Positions 25,592-35,017 of a DNA stretch of 64,000 bases are shown in pieces. Below the pieces are notes generated by a model that was given only the letters and a program-made list of their open reading frames with translations, searched no databases and was not told where the DNA came from. Position 1 is the first letter of the stretch; each line of letters starts with the position of its first letter. Source of the DNA: a bacterium (GTDB lineage Bacteria > Elusimicrobiota > Elusimicrobia > UBA1565 > UBA9628); the NCBI GenBank assembly GCA_021782205.1, contig JAJXVH010000009.1:3432-67431 (forward strand). Direction: 5' to 3'. The translations under genes were made by a program, and so were the position numbers.

Positions 25592-26088
25592 CGCGCCGCC
25601 GGACCGGCCAGGCGACCACCGAGGTGGTACTGCTGTTTCCGATCTTCGTCTTTTTCCTGTTCGCCTTCGCGAAAATATTCGCTCTGCTGATCCTGGTGCA
25701 GAAGCTGGAGATCGCCTCGTTCTACGCCGCGCGGCGCTGGCAGCTGGAAAGCCACCGCAACGTCGCCTATGAGAGCCAGGACCAAGGGGCCCTGCTCACG
25801 AACATCAACGGCAACGTCATGAGTTACTTGGGCTACAATACGCCGAGCGTCTCCTCATTCCTAGACCTGGATCAGAATTGCCGCTCGACGACGACCTGCC
25901 CGTCCTCCGTGCCCGGCGTCACGGTCCAGCGCGCGCAGGTTTGGAACGTGGTCACCGTGACCGTGTGCACCAAGCCGCTGACCTTGCCGCTGTACACGTC
26001 TCCCGGCTTCGTGTTCTGCTCGACGAAATACGTGCCCAACCGCGACCGCCCCATCGCCTTCGTCCTGCCCGGCGGCTCCAGCCATTAA
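25588..26088 (+). CDS. TadE-like pseudopilin (second copy)
   Basis: GTGA overlap with the upstream stop. RRTGQATTEVVLLFPIFVFFLFAFAKIFALLILVQKLEIASFYAARR. Confidence 0.6.
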   Translation: MTRRRTGQATTEVVLLFPIFVFFLFAFAKIFALLILVQKLEIASFYAARRWQLESHRNVAYESQDQGALLTNINGNVMSYLGYNTPSVSSFLDLDQNCRSTTTCPSSVPGVTVQRAQVWNVVTVTVCTKPLTLPLYTSPGFVFCSTKYVPNRDRPIAFVLPGGSSH

Positions 26089-26157
26089 GCCCGCCCGCGC
26101 GGGCAAAAAAGCTATCATGATCAATCGCCGTCAACGACGACGCCGACCGGAGAAGAC

Positions 26158-27843
26158 ATGTTCTGGGCGAAAATGAAGCTGTTCCTGCAGCGCTGGTGGG
26201 TGCCCCTGCTCATCGTTTTCGGCGTGGTGCTGTCCATCGTCATCCCGGCCTGGTATCTGTCCGGGATGGAAGAGAGCGTGCGGCGCTACATCGTCGGCAT
26301 CAACGTGGCGTCTTTGCCGTTCAGCATACTGTCGACCTTGGTCTTCGTCGGCTTCCTCTACCTTTTGCAGTACGGCGGGGGCTTTGCGATGTTCCGCAAG
26401 TCCAAGATCGACTCCGCGCACGTCAACGTGCGCTTCTCCGACGTGATCGGCAACGACGAGGCCAAGCGCGAGGCCTGGGAGGTCGTGGAGTTGCTCAAGG
26501 ATCGCGCCATGCTCAAGCGCGTGGGCGGCAAGATCCTGCACGGCCTGCTCATGGTCGGTCCGCCCGGCTGCGGCAAGACCATGCTGGCCAAAGCGATCGC
26601 CACGGAGGCGGGGGTGCCGTTTCTGTCCACCGCGGGCTCGGAGTTCGTGGAAATTTTCGTGGGCGTGGGGGCGAGCCGCGTGCGCAAGCTCTTCAGCCAG
26701 GCGCGCCAATACGCGAAGGCCTACGGCGCGTGCATCATCTTCATCGACGAGATCGAGGTGCTGGGCCGCACGCGCGTGGTCTACGACGCGTTCGGCGGCG
26801 GCCAGGAAGGCAACTCCACCTTGAACCAGCTTCTCGTCGAGATGGACGGCCTGACCGATTCCGACGCCCCGGTCGTGGTCATCGGCGCGATGAATATGAA
26901 GGAAGAGGTCCTGGACCCCGCCCTGCGCCGCCCGGGCCGCTTCGACCGTCAGATCTCCATCGAACTGCCCAACCTCAAGGAGCGCAAGGACATCTTCGAC
27001 TACTACTCGAAGAAGATCAAGGTCGATCCCGCGCTGGACTTCGCGCGCCTGGCGCGCAAGACCATCCGCTATTCTCCGGCCGAGATCGAGAACGTGCTCA
27101 AGGAGTCCATCCTGATCGCCACGCGCGAGAAGCGCGAGGTGGTCACCTACAAGGATTGCACGCGCGCCCTGGAGCGCATCGAACTGGGCATCGCGCACCG
27201 CGTCATCATGACGCCGCGCGAGCGGGAAATGACGGCCTACCACGAGGCCGGCCACCTGGTGCTCGTCTACCTCCTCCACCCCACCAACGACGTGTTCAAG
27301 GCCTCCATCATCCAGCGCGGCGGCGTGCTGGGCGTGGTGCACTCCGTGCCGCGCGAGGAATATATTCTCAGCGACTCCGCCAGCCTCTACGCGGACCTGC
27401 TCGTCTCCATGGGCGGCTACCTGGCCGAGAAGATCAAATACGGCGTGACCACCGAGGGCGTGGGCTCCGATTTCTCGCATGCGATGTCGCGCGCGCACTA
27501 CATGGTCTGGGTGATCGGCATGGGCGAAAGCGGCCTGATCGGCAACTACCACTCATTGCCGCCCAACGCCTTGTCCGACGTCATGCGCGACCGGCTGATG
27601 AACGACACGAACGCCCTGCTGAACAAGGCCATCAAAGAGGCGGAAGCCGTTCTGCGCGCCGAGTGGCCCATCGTGGAGCGCTTCGCCTCGGAACTGCTCA
27701 AGCGCGACGAGCTGGACTACGACGAGATCGTCGAGATCTTCCGCGAATACGGCAAGCCGCCGCACCCTCTGCCGGGCGCGGCACAGGCTGCCGTCTTGCC
27801 GAGTTCCGACGCTCCGCGGATTACGCCGGGCATGGCCGCCTGA
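26158..27843 (+). CDS. ftsH: FtsH-family AAA+ zinc metalloprotease paralog with a very short periplasmic loop
   Basis: GPPGCGKTMLAKAIA, IIFIDEIEVLG, PGRFDRQISIELPN, HEAGH. Two N-terminal TM helices are separated by only about 20 aa. Confidence 0.85.
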   Translation: MFWAKMKLFLQRWWVPLLIVFGVVLSIVIPAWYLSGMEESVRRYIVGINVASLPFSILSTLVFVGFLYLLQYGGGFAMFRKSKIDSAHVNVRFSDVIGNDEAKREAWEVVELLKDRAMLKRVGGKILHGLLMVGPPGCGKTMLAKAIATEAGVPFLSTAGSEFVEIFVGVGASRVRKLFSQARQYAKAYGACIIFIDEIEVLGRTRVVYDAFGGGQEGNSTLNQLLVEMDGLTDSDAPVVVIGAMNMKEEVLDPALRRPGRFDRQISIELPNLKERKDIFDYYSKKIKVDPALDFARLARKTIRYSPAEIENVLKESILIATREKREVVTYKDCTRALERIELGIAHRVIMTPREREMTAYHEAGHLVLVYLLHPTNDVFKASIIQRGGVLGVVHSVPREEYILSDSASLYADLLVSMGGYLAEKIKYGVTTEGVGSDFSHAMSRAHYMVWVIGMGESGLIGNYHSLPPNALSDVMRDRLMNDTNALLNKAIKEAEAVLRAEWPIVERFASELLKRDELDYDEIVEIFREYGKPPHPLPGAAQAAVLPSSDAPRITPGMAA

Positions 27844-27889
27844 CCGTCGCCGCGCGTCGGTTATTTTTCGGTAAATTATCGCGTTTTCG

Positions 27890-27918
27890 TTGACTTTGCG
27901 TGCGGCCGGAGGCATACT
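27890..27918 (+). promoter_or_regulatory. Possible sigma70-like promoter: TTGACT, N17, CATACT
   Basis: Located in the 102-nt intergenic gap upstream of the kinase gene. Confidence 0.4.
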
Positions 27919-27945
27919 CGCTTCGGCCGCGGCGGCGGCAAAATT

Positions 27946-28845
27946 ATGACCCCGCTTGACGCTTCAATCCTCGCCGCTTTCGCACTGTTGCTGCTCCTCC
28001 TGGCGGCCTGTGCGCGTCTGCGGCGGCGGGCCGCAGCGCTGGATGGCCGCTACGAGCTGCTGGAGTTTGTCGGCGCGGGCGGGATGGGCACGGTGCGCCG
28101 CGGCTGGGACCGGGCGGAGGGCGCGCCTGTCGCGATCAAGAGCCTGCGCCGTGAACTGCGTGCCAGCCCGCGCCAACGCGAGCGCTTCCTCTCCGAGGCC
28201 CGGCTCGGCGCGCGGCTCCGGCACCCGAACATCGTGGCGTTTCGCGGCGTCGCCGGCCGGGACGGCGACCGACTGGTCTTCGAGTATGTTCCGGGACGTA
28301 CGGTTCACGCGCTGCTGGCGACCGCGCCGGGACGGTGCCTGGATCTTGACCGCGCGCTGAAGATCTTGACCTTCGCCGCGGAAGCGGTCGATTACGCGCA
28401 CTCGCGCGGCGTCATCCACCGCGACCTCAAGCCCGCGAATATGATGATCGCCGAGGATGGGACCGTGAAGGTGCTGGATTTCGGCGTGGCGTGGGAGTCC
28501 CTGGAAAAGAACGGTCGCGCGGCGGGTCCCGCTGTGGGCACTCCCGGCTATCAAGCCCCGGAACTGACGTGGGGCGCGGCCTCCGCGGCATCGGATCAAT
28601 ACGCGCTGGCGGCGAGTTTTTACGAAATGCTCACGGGGCGGCTGCCGTTTCACGGCCCGCGAACTCTGGAGGACAAGCGTGCCGGACGTTTCACGCCGCC
28701 GTCGACGGTGAAGCCGTGCTTTCCTCCCGCGTTGGACCGAGTTCTCTCGCGCGCGCTGGCGCCTCGTCCGGAGGATCGCTTTGGTGATTGTGCCTCCTTT
28801 TCCCGTGCGGCGGGGGCCGCCCGGGAGCCCGCGATCGCGCGGTAA
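27946..28845 (+). CDS. Hanks-type Ser/Thr protein kinase with an N-terminal TM anchor and no sensor domain
   Basis: [44 protein letters not shown]-terminal [16 protein letters not shown]. Confidence 0.85.
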   Translation: MTPLDASILAAFALLLLLLAACARLRRRAAALDGRYELLEFVGAGGMGTVRRGWDRAEGAPVAIKSLRRELRASPRQRERFLSEARLGARLRHPNIVAFRGVAGRDGDRLVFEYVPGRTVHALLATAPGRCLDLDRALKILTFAAEAVDYAHSRGVIHRDLKPANMMIAEDGTVKVLDFGVAWESLEKNGRAAGPAVGTPGYQAPELTWGAASAASDQYALAASFYEMLTGRLPFHGPRTLEDKRAGRFTPPSTVKPCFPPALDRVLSRALAPRPEDRFGDCASFSRAAGAAREPAIAR

Positions 28846-28871
28846 AAATCCGGTAAAGGCAAGAGCTTGCC

Positions 28872-28901
28872 TTGACAAATTCTCGCGTCGGGGGCTACAC
28901 T
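28872..28901 (+). promoter_or_regulatory. Sigma70-like promoter: TTGACA, N18, TACACT; ATG 5 nt downstream (leaderless)
   Basis: -35 at 28872-28877, -10 at 28896-28901, ATG at 28907. Confidence 0.55.
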
Positions 28902-28906
28902 CGAAA

Positions 28907-30025
28907 ATGATCATGAGTTCTTCCCTGTCGCCGGTTTCGCCGCGTACGTTGTCCGTGGGCGTCTCGGAGGACCCCTATAAGAAGTATTGGTGGGTGCTTC
29001 TCGCGGGATTCGCTTTCACGGGGCTTTGGCTGTGTCTTCCCATGTTGGGAACCCCGGTCGGATCGGTCAGCGTCAATCCCGATAAAGGCGCCGCCGCCTT
29101 GGCCTCAGGCGAGGGCGGACTTGACGTGGCCGCGGCGGGAGGCAATTCCGGCGGCATCGACGGCGGGCGCGGCTACGATCTGTCGATGGGCGCGGGGGCC
29201 CAGGCCAAGGGCGAACCGGTGGACGGCCCGGACGCGTCAGGCTCGTCTCTGTACCAGGCGCCGGCGGACGCGACTGCGGGCGCACCCGTTGCGGGCGGCG
29301 CACCTCTGGGCACGGCGACGGGCGGGTCCTCGGCCAGCCTGGCCCAGGCGCTCAAGAACGCGGGGCAGGGCGCCGACCCGTCGGGCTGGGGCGGAGAGAA
29401 GGCGCGGCGCGGGTTCGACGCGCCGCATCTGTCCGGCGGGGGCCTGGGCGGCTTGGGAGGAGTCAGCGGCGGCAACGGCGGTTCATCGGGGGGAATGGGA
29501 GCTTTCGGCGCGCGCAATTCGCAAGTAGGGGCGAGCGCGGGACAGGGCTTGACCCAGGACGGCTCGACTTCCGCGGCGCCCGCCGGCGCGGGCGGAAGCT
29601 TCGCGGCTCTCCAAAAAATTTCCGGTAGCGCGACGAAGGCGGCGAGGGCCGCCGGCAGCGACGCTGCGGCCGGCGGAATGAATTCGCTTTTCGACGGCGC
29701 GAAGGCCAGGGGCGGCAGCGGTATCGGACCTGCGAGCGCCGCGGCGAATGCGGCCTACGCGGCGCTCAATTCTGCGCCCGCCAACTTGAAGACGAATCCG
29801 TCGGGCCTAAACCAGAATGGCACGCTTGCGCCCCCGCCGTCGGCTCCGGTTCCACCGACGGCCAGCGGCAGTGCCATGGGCCAGCAGCTGGCGATGATGG
29901 CGGTGGGTATCGTGGTGAGCACGGTTGCCGGAGGTTTGGTCAGCGGCTTGATGGGCCAGATGGTCGGCGCTGTTGGAGTGGCGCCAGTGTCAATGTTTGC
30001 ACAGCAGGCATCGGCGGCGCACTAG
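28907..30025 (+). CDS. Gly/Ser/Ala-rich membrane protein, paralog P1 (N-terminal TM, low-complexity region, C-terminal hydrophobic segment)
   Basis: KKYWWVLLAGFAFTGLWLCLPML; GGLGGLGGVSGGNGGSSGG; C-terminal QQLAMMAVGIVVSTVAGGLVSGLMGQMVGAVGV. Confidence 0.6.
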   Translation: MIMSSSLSPVSPRTLSVGVSEDPYKKYWWVLLAGFAFTGLWLCLPMLGTPVGSVSVNPDKGAAALASGEGGLDVAAAGGNSGGIDGGRGYDLSMGAGAQAKGEPVDGPDASGSSLYQAPADATAGAPVAGGAPLGTATGGSSASLAQALKNAGQGADPSGWGGEKARRGFDAPHLSGGGLGGLGGVSGGNGGSSGGMGAFGARNSQVGASAGQGLTQDGSTSAAPAGAGGSFAALQKISGSATKAARAAGSDAAAGGMNSLFDGAKARGGSGIGPASAAANAAYAALNSAPANLKTNPSGLNQNGTLAPPPSAPVPPTASGSAMGQQLAMMAVGIVVSTVAGGLVSGLMGQMVGAVGVAPVSMFAQQASAAH

Positions 30026-30043
30026 ATATTGAGGAGAGAATTT

Positions 30044-31681
30044 ATGGACCCCAAAACCAGAGTCCCGGAGATCAAGCCAGACGTGAACCGGGAGAAAGAC
30101 CGCGAGCGCAAGAAAGGCGGGTTTCTGGTGCGCCTCTTCGGCGCCGGCGCGGCGGAGGGCGGCGCGGGCTTGAGCGGCGGCGTCGTCGACATTGGGGGTG
30201 CGGCGGTCGGCGGGGGATTGTTGGCCACGAAGGCGGGCCTCATCGCGCTGCTGGTTGCGGGTTCGACGGTCGCGGCGGGCATCGGCTTGGTCGGCTATCG
30301 CGCGTTCGGTCCGGGCTCCGACCAAAATTCTGAAAATAACTTGGCGTTGTTCGCCCCGCGTCCCAAGACGACGGCTGGTCCGACCGCGCCCGCGCCGGGC
30401 AGCCAGAACGGCACGTCGCCCTCTTTGGGCATGCTGACCCAGGCCAACAGCAGCGGTTCCGGCGACGGCTCCGCCGGCGCGTCCGGCGGCGTGCAGGACC
30501 AGGTCGCCGCGTCCGCGGCGTCGGCCTCGGCGGGGACGACCAGCTCCACCGACGGCGGCACGGCGATGAGCGGCTCCGGCGGCGGCGCGACGGGCCAGCC
30601 GATGGCGAACATCGCGAAGTTCGGCGCGCTGGGCGCGTCCACCGGCGGGAGCAGCGGCGGCGGCGCGGTTTCGTCCGCGGCCAGCCCCCAATCCCGCGGC
30701 GAGATGTCCGCCAACTCCGCCTCGAAAGGCAACCTCAGCGGCATGATGGGCAAGAGCGGCCCCGGCGCGCGCTCCAATTCCGCGATGGCGCGCAGTTTCA
30801 ACCATTCCAGCGGCGCCACGGGCCAGGCCTTCAGCGCGCTGGGCAACCAGCGCGGAGGTATGGCTCCCTCCAGTTACTCCGCGGGCCAGACCTACGACGG
30901 CTCGGCGGGCGTGGGCGGCTCCGCGGTCGGCCCGTCGGCGGGCGTGCCCACGGTCGCCGGCGCCAGCGAAAGCGGCGGCCAGGCCGCGGCCAAATCCACG
31001 CCCAACACCGCCAACCAGGGCAGCCAGATTCAGCCGCCGCCCACGCCTCCGGCCACGAATGTGACGCCTTGGCAGGGGGACATCAACGCGGCGGAGATGA
31101 TGATAGGCTTAGGAGTTCTGTTGTTGCTCGCCAAACACACGATCGCTGCTTCCCTTTTGGATAAAACGAATCCGGTTACTGCGGGTTATGCGAAGACGGC
31201 GATGCTTGTTATCGACGGTATCATCGCTGTGTTGGGGGTGGCGATCATCGCACTGGGTGCCAGAATCGGAGGGGGCCAATACGGGCAAATCCTTCAAGGG
31301 CGTCTTTTGGCCACGGCCGGAGTGGGACTTATGATTGCGGGCGTAGGATCTGGAATCAGCGACAACGGAATGGATACCTCGACATCTTCCTTTGACAGCA
31401 GTAGCAGTTGCGGCGTGAATGGTAGCTTTTCGGATTGGGCGAGCAAATTCAGCAACGCGACGACTATGTCTACTCTAGCTTCACCGTATATCATGTTGGG
31501 TGGGGGCCTGGCGCTTATTGGTTTGGCGGGGGCAGCACTTTCGCCCCAACAACAGTATCCCTCGACGGATTTTAACAACGGGATACCGCCGGGCCAAGGT
31601 ATGTTCTCGATGGGTCATATGCCTTCTCAGGACGGGGTCTTATCCGCGCTGAACGGTTCCAAGAAGACCGCGCTTGGTTAA
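30044..31681 (+). CDS. Gly/Ser/Ala-rich membrane protein, paralog P2 (basic N-terminus, TM, low-complexity region, multi-TM C-terminal module)
   Basis: GAGGAG RBS. REKDRERKKGGFLVRLFG; the C-terminal module MMIGLGVLLLLAK...AMLVIDGIIAVLGVAIIALGARIGG...LLATAGVGLMIAGVG sits in an AT-richer stretch. Confidence 0.6.
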   Translation: MDPKTRVPEIKPDVNREKDRERKKGGFLVRLFGAGAAEGGAGLSGGVVDIGGAAVGGGLLATKAGLIALLVAGSTVAAGIGLVGYRAFGPGSDQNSENNLALFAPRPKTTAGPTAPAPGSQNGTSPSLGMLTQANSSGSGDGSAGASGGVQDQVAASAASASAGTTSSTDGGTAMSGSGGGATGQPMANIAKFGALGASTGGSSGGGAVSSAASPQSRGEMSANSASKGNLSGMMGKSGPGARSNSAMARSFNHSSGATGQAFSALGNQRGGMAPSSYSAGQTYDGSAGVGGSAVGPSAGVPTVAGASESGGQAAAKSTPNTANQGSQIQPPPTPPATNVTPWQGDINAAEMMIGLGVLLLLAKHTIAASLLDKTNPVTAGYAKTAMLVIDGIIAVLGVAIIALGARIGGGQYGQILQGRLLATAGVGLMIAGVGSGISDNGMDTSTSSFDSSSSCGVNGSFSDWASKFSNATTMSTLASPYIMLGGGLALIGLAGAALSPQQQYPSTDFNNGIPPGQGMFSMGHMPSQDGVLSALNGSKKTALG

Positions 31682-31706
31682 AAAATAGTAATTGGGACGG
31701 CTTTTC

Positions 31707-31735
31707 TTGACAGCGGGAGAGTGTCGGGCTACACT
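31707..31735 (+). promoter_or_regulatory. Sigma70-like promoter: TTGACA, N17, TACACT
   Basis: -35 at 31707-31712 and -10 at 31730-31735. A leader of about 45 nt carries CAGGAG before ATG 31787. Confidence 0.55.
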
Positions 31736-31786
31736 CCGTTGTAGATTCAAAAATGATTTTGGAGTTCGAATTTCAGGAGCGACGCC

Positions 31787-33286
31787 ATGGAAACCGCGGT
31801 GAACGACGTTCCGACTTTTAAGCTGGCCAAGGTCGGCAAGGAGCGCGACCGCAGGCGCGGAGGCGGCGCGTGGTGGAGCGGCGCGCGCGGGGCGGGTTCC
31901 GGCTTCGGCGGCCTGGGCGGAGCCGGCTCGGAGGGTTTGGCGGGGCTGTTCAGTGCCGGAAGCATGGGGCTGGGAAAAATGCTGGCGCTCTTGGCGGTTT
32001 GTGGGGTCCTGGGAGCGGGCGCGTGGCAGATGGGAAAGATGTTCAGCGTCGGCACCGGTTCGGCGGCCTCGGGTCATGCGAAGCTGTTCGCGGATCGCGG
32101 CGGTAAGTATGCCGACGCCTCCGACGTGGTGCGAGACAACAACGCGATCCCGAATTCGATCGGCTACGTGACGGGCAGCGACGACGGTATGACGCCGGAG
32201 GAGCGCGCCAAGAAGGCCGCGGAGGCGGCGGCGGCGCGCAAGGCGGCCGAGGACGCGGCGGCGGCCAAGGCGGCCGCGGATAAGGCGGCGGCGGACAAGG
32301 CGGCCAAGGACACGGCGGCCGCGGACAAGACTCCGACCGACGCGACGGCGGGAGCGGCGACGGGCGGGGGCAGCTATTTGAAGAATGCGTTCGCCTCCCG
32401 TTTCGGCGCATTGAGCAGCGGTCTGTCCGGCGGCTCCGGCTTGTCCGGCGGCATAGGCCAGAGCTTCGGTGGATTGGGCGGTGCTGGCGGCGGCTTGCCC
32501 GGCGCGAAAGGGACCAACGGATCCTTGACCGCCATGGCTTCGAGCGCGCGGCCGTCGACTTCGCACTCCACGCCGCGGGCGACTCCGCACTCCGGCGGCA
32601 ACGCGTTCTCTCAGCTGGGCATGGCGCAGAGGGCGGGAGCCGCGGCCGCGGGCACGTCGGGCGAGACGTCCGCGACGACCGCCGGCGCGCCGTTCGACGG
32701 CGGCGTGCCGGGCGGCGGCAACTCGATCGACGGGCCGGGTGCGGGTTACGGCTCGACGGGCGGCTCCGGCGTCAACTCCGGCACGAACAACCCCGGCGGC
32801 GGCCCCGTGGGCGGCGGCGGCTCCGCGTGCTCCGCGGGTCAGGGCATGGACTCTAACGGCAACTGCACGAATCTTGGCACGCCGACATCTTCGAACGCGG
32901 CAAGCTACCAACCGTTGATTGATGCGGCGATGGCGATGTTGCTAATCATGGCGATCTTGGCGGCGATTGCGTTAATGGCGGAGAAGATGGGTTGGTTTGG
33001 TGGTATAGGCGAGGCGATCGCAAAAGCAATCGAAGCGATCATGGTGGTTATGGGGTTGATGATCGCGGCGATGGGTGCGATGATCTTCATGATGAGCGGT
33101 GATAAAATGATTGGCGGCATCGTCACGACTGTCGGTTTGGCTACGGCGGCGTGGGCCCTCTGGGGCCCGAATCTTCTGACTAATGCTGACGCCACGATCG
33201 TTCAGGCCGCCGGAGGGTTGATTGCGAGTTCAGTCGGCTTGCTTGCCGCGTCAGCGGCGAGCGCGAACAATCTGGGGGCGTTGTAG
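31787..33286 (+). CDS. Gly/Ser/Ala-rich membrane protein, paralog P3
   Basis: GKERDRRRGGGAWWSG; TM MLALLAVCGVLGAGAW; KA-rich AAKKAAEAAAARKAAEDAAAAKAAADKAAADKAAKD; C-terminal multi-TM AMAMLLIMAILAAIALMAEK...IMVVMGLMIAAMGAMIFMM. Confidence 0.6.
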   Translation: METAVNDVPTFKLAKVGKERDRRRGGGAWWSGARGAGSGFGGLGGAGSEGLAGLFSAGSMGLGKMLALLAVCGVLGAGAWQMGKMFSVGTGSAASGHAKLFADRGGKYADASDVVRDNNAIPNSIGYVTGSDDGMTPEERAKKAAEAAAARKAAEDAAAAKAAADKAAADKAAKDTAAADKTPTDATAGAATGGGSYLKNAFASRFGALSSGLSGGSGLSGGIGQSFGGLGGAGGGLPGAKGTNGSLTAMASSARPSTSHSTPRATPHSGGNAFSQLGMAQRAGAAAAGTSGETSATTAGAPFDGGVPGGGNSIDGPGAGYGSTGGSGVNSGTNNPGGGPVGGGGSACSAGQGMDSNGNCTNLGTPTSSNAASYQPLIDAAMAMLLIMAILAAIALMAEKMGWFGGIGEAIAKAIEAIMVVMGLMIAAMGAMIFMMSGDKMIGGIVTTVGLATAAWALWGPNLLTNADATIVQAAGGLIASSVGLLAASAASANNLGAL

Positions 33287-33299
33287 CGGAGGCGGGGCC

Positions 33300-34931
33300 A
33301 TGGGCAATGAAAAGGACGACGTACTCAAAGCGAACCAGGGCGCTCCCGCGGCCGACATCCCGGATTTGAAGAAGAAGGAAAAAGAGCGCAAGAAGGGCGG
33401 GGTTGCGTGGGGCGGCGGCGCCAACGGAGAAGCCGGTTCGTTTGCGGGGGCTTCGGGCGGCACGGTCGCGCGCGCGGCGGCAAGCGCTGCGCTGGGGGCG
33501 GCGGAAGCGGGCGAGACGGGCGGGCTGCTGGCGACGATTTCGGAATTTTTGACGGGGTTGACGGCCACTCTTGCGGGCAAACTGGCAGTGGGAGCGGCGG
33601 CGCTTCTGATGATGATGGGCGCGGGAGCTCTCGCGTACTCGCTTCTGCACGGCGGGGCGGGCGCGGGCGCGGGCGGGATGGGACGTCCGGACCTGGGCGG
33701 GATTGCGTCCTCGCTGCACGTGCGCAGCGGCGACGGCGACATGATGGGCGTCAACGGCAAGGGCGAGTTGGCCTTCGGCGCGGCTAAGGCTCCAGCCGCA
33801 CCCACGGACGCGACCGCGGGTGCCAAGGCCGACGACAAGACGGCACCGGCACCGAAAGCGGACGACAAACCGGCGCCGAATCCGGCCGACTCCCAACCGT
33901 ACGTCCGCCAGGACGTGCTGGCGCACAACTTGAGCGGGGCGAAGCTGTCGTCGAGCTTGGGCGGCGACTTCGGCGGCAAGAACATCTTCGCGGGCGGCAA
34001 CGGCGGCTACGCGCCCAAGTTCAACGCGGGTTTGTCCCAGCTTTCCGGCACGGGGGCCAAGGGCGCGAAGGGGAATCTGGGTTCGATGGCGGCGAAGTCC
34101 ACGCGCGGCTCGATTGCCTCCTTGCAGATGCAGCGCGCGCGCTCCAGCCAAGCCATCGGCCAGCTCAAGATGGCGCGCGGCATGTCGACCATGGGCGTGG
34201 GCGCGGGGACGGCGGAAGGCGCGGCGGCGGCAGCCAACGGCGCGTTCGACCAGCAAAATCCGACGGGTGGTTCGCTCAACACCATCGGCGGCGCGGGCAT
34301 CGGCAGCGGGCCGACGAGCGGCGCCTCATCGGGATCCGGAGCGCCGGACACCACGAGCATGCCCAACGCGCCGGCCACCCCTCCCGGCACCATCACCGAT
34401 CCGGGCCTGCAGAACAGCATGAACCAGATTCAGCAGATGGCCCAGCAGGCCGGCCAACTGCAGAAAGAAGGCATGATGATGATCGTGGCCGGCATCGCTT
34501 TGATCGCGGTCGGCATTGCCTTGATGAACTCCGGTCCCTGGGGTGCCGCGATCGGCGCCGTACTCATCGGCATCGGCGGTATGCTGGTCGGCATGGGCTT
34601 CATGATGGAACAGATGGCCAGCATGATGGCGCAGATGGCCAATCAACTGGGCAGCATGGTGGCGTCCCAGGTGGGACCCTATCAGGGCCAGATCGTTCAG
34701 CAATGCACCGCGCAATCCCTGCAGGGCAACTCGAACTGCACGCCGGCGGAGACCACGGCCATTCAACAGCAGGTCAGCGGCACCACATCCGCCGGCGATC
34801 CGGGCGGCAGCAATGGCACCGCCCTCAAACAGCAAAGCACGATCGGTACGGCGACGCCGGTCCTGAGCAACGCGGGCGGAGGCACGACCAGCGGCGGGAC
34901 TTTGGCCGGCAGCGGAGGAGTCAAGCAGTAG
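33300..34931 (+). CDS. Gly/Ser/Ala-rich membrane protein, paralog P4
   Basis: GGAGG RBS. KKKEKERKKGGVAWGGG; TM LAVGAAALLMMMGAGALAYSLL; KGNLGSMAAKSTRGSIASLQMQRARSSQAIGQLKMARG; C-terminal MMMIVAGIALIAVGIALMNSGPWGAAIGAVLIGIGGMLVGMGFMM. Confidence 0.6.
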   Translation: MGNEKDDVLKANQGAPAADIPDLKKKEKERKKGGVAWGGGANGEAGSFAGASGGTVARAAASAALGAAEAGETGGLLATISEFLTGLTATLAGKLAVGAAALLMMMGAGALAYSLLHGGAGAGAGGMGRPDLGGIASSLHVRSGDGDMMGVNGKGELAFGAAKAPAAPTDATAGAKADDKTAPAPKADDKPAPNPADSQPYVRQDVLAHNLSGAKLSSSLGGDFGGKNIFAGGNGGYAPKFNAGLSQLSGTGAKGAKGNLGSMAAKSTRGSIASLQMQRARSSQAIGQLKMARGMSTMGVGAGTAEGAAAAANGAFDQQNPTGGSLNTIGGAGIGSGPTSGASSGSGAPDTTSMPNAPATPPGTITDPGLQNSMNQIQQMAQQAGQLQKEGMMMIVAGIALIAVGIALMNSGPWGAAIGAVLIGIGGMLVGMGFMMEQMASMMAQMANQLGSMVASQVGPYQGQIVQQCTAQSLQGNSNCTPAETTAIQQQVSGTTSAGDPGGSNGTALKQQSTIGTATPVLSNAGGGTTSGGTLAGSGGVKQ

Positions 34932-34966
34932 ACGCGTAAAAAGGCGGTAAAGGCGACCGGCCGTGG

Positions 34967-34995
34967 TTGACAAAGCGGAGGCCGGCCGCTACACT
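34967..34995 (+). promoter_or_regulatory. Sigma70-like promoter: TTGACA, N17, TACACT
   Basis: -35 at 34967-34972, -10 at 34990-34995, ATG at 35018. Confidence 0.55.
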
Positions 34996-35017
34996 GGGCA
35001 AGTCGCGCAATTGAGCC

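Noticed and set aside
26089-26104. Stem-loop GCCCGC-ccgc-GCGGGC after the tadE-like stop as an intrinsic terminator
   Set aside because: It is followed by an A-run, not a T-run, on the coding strand, and on the opposite strand the T-run precedes the hairpin. It does not fit a rho-independent terminator in either direction.
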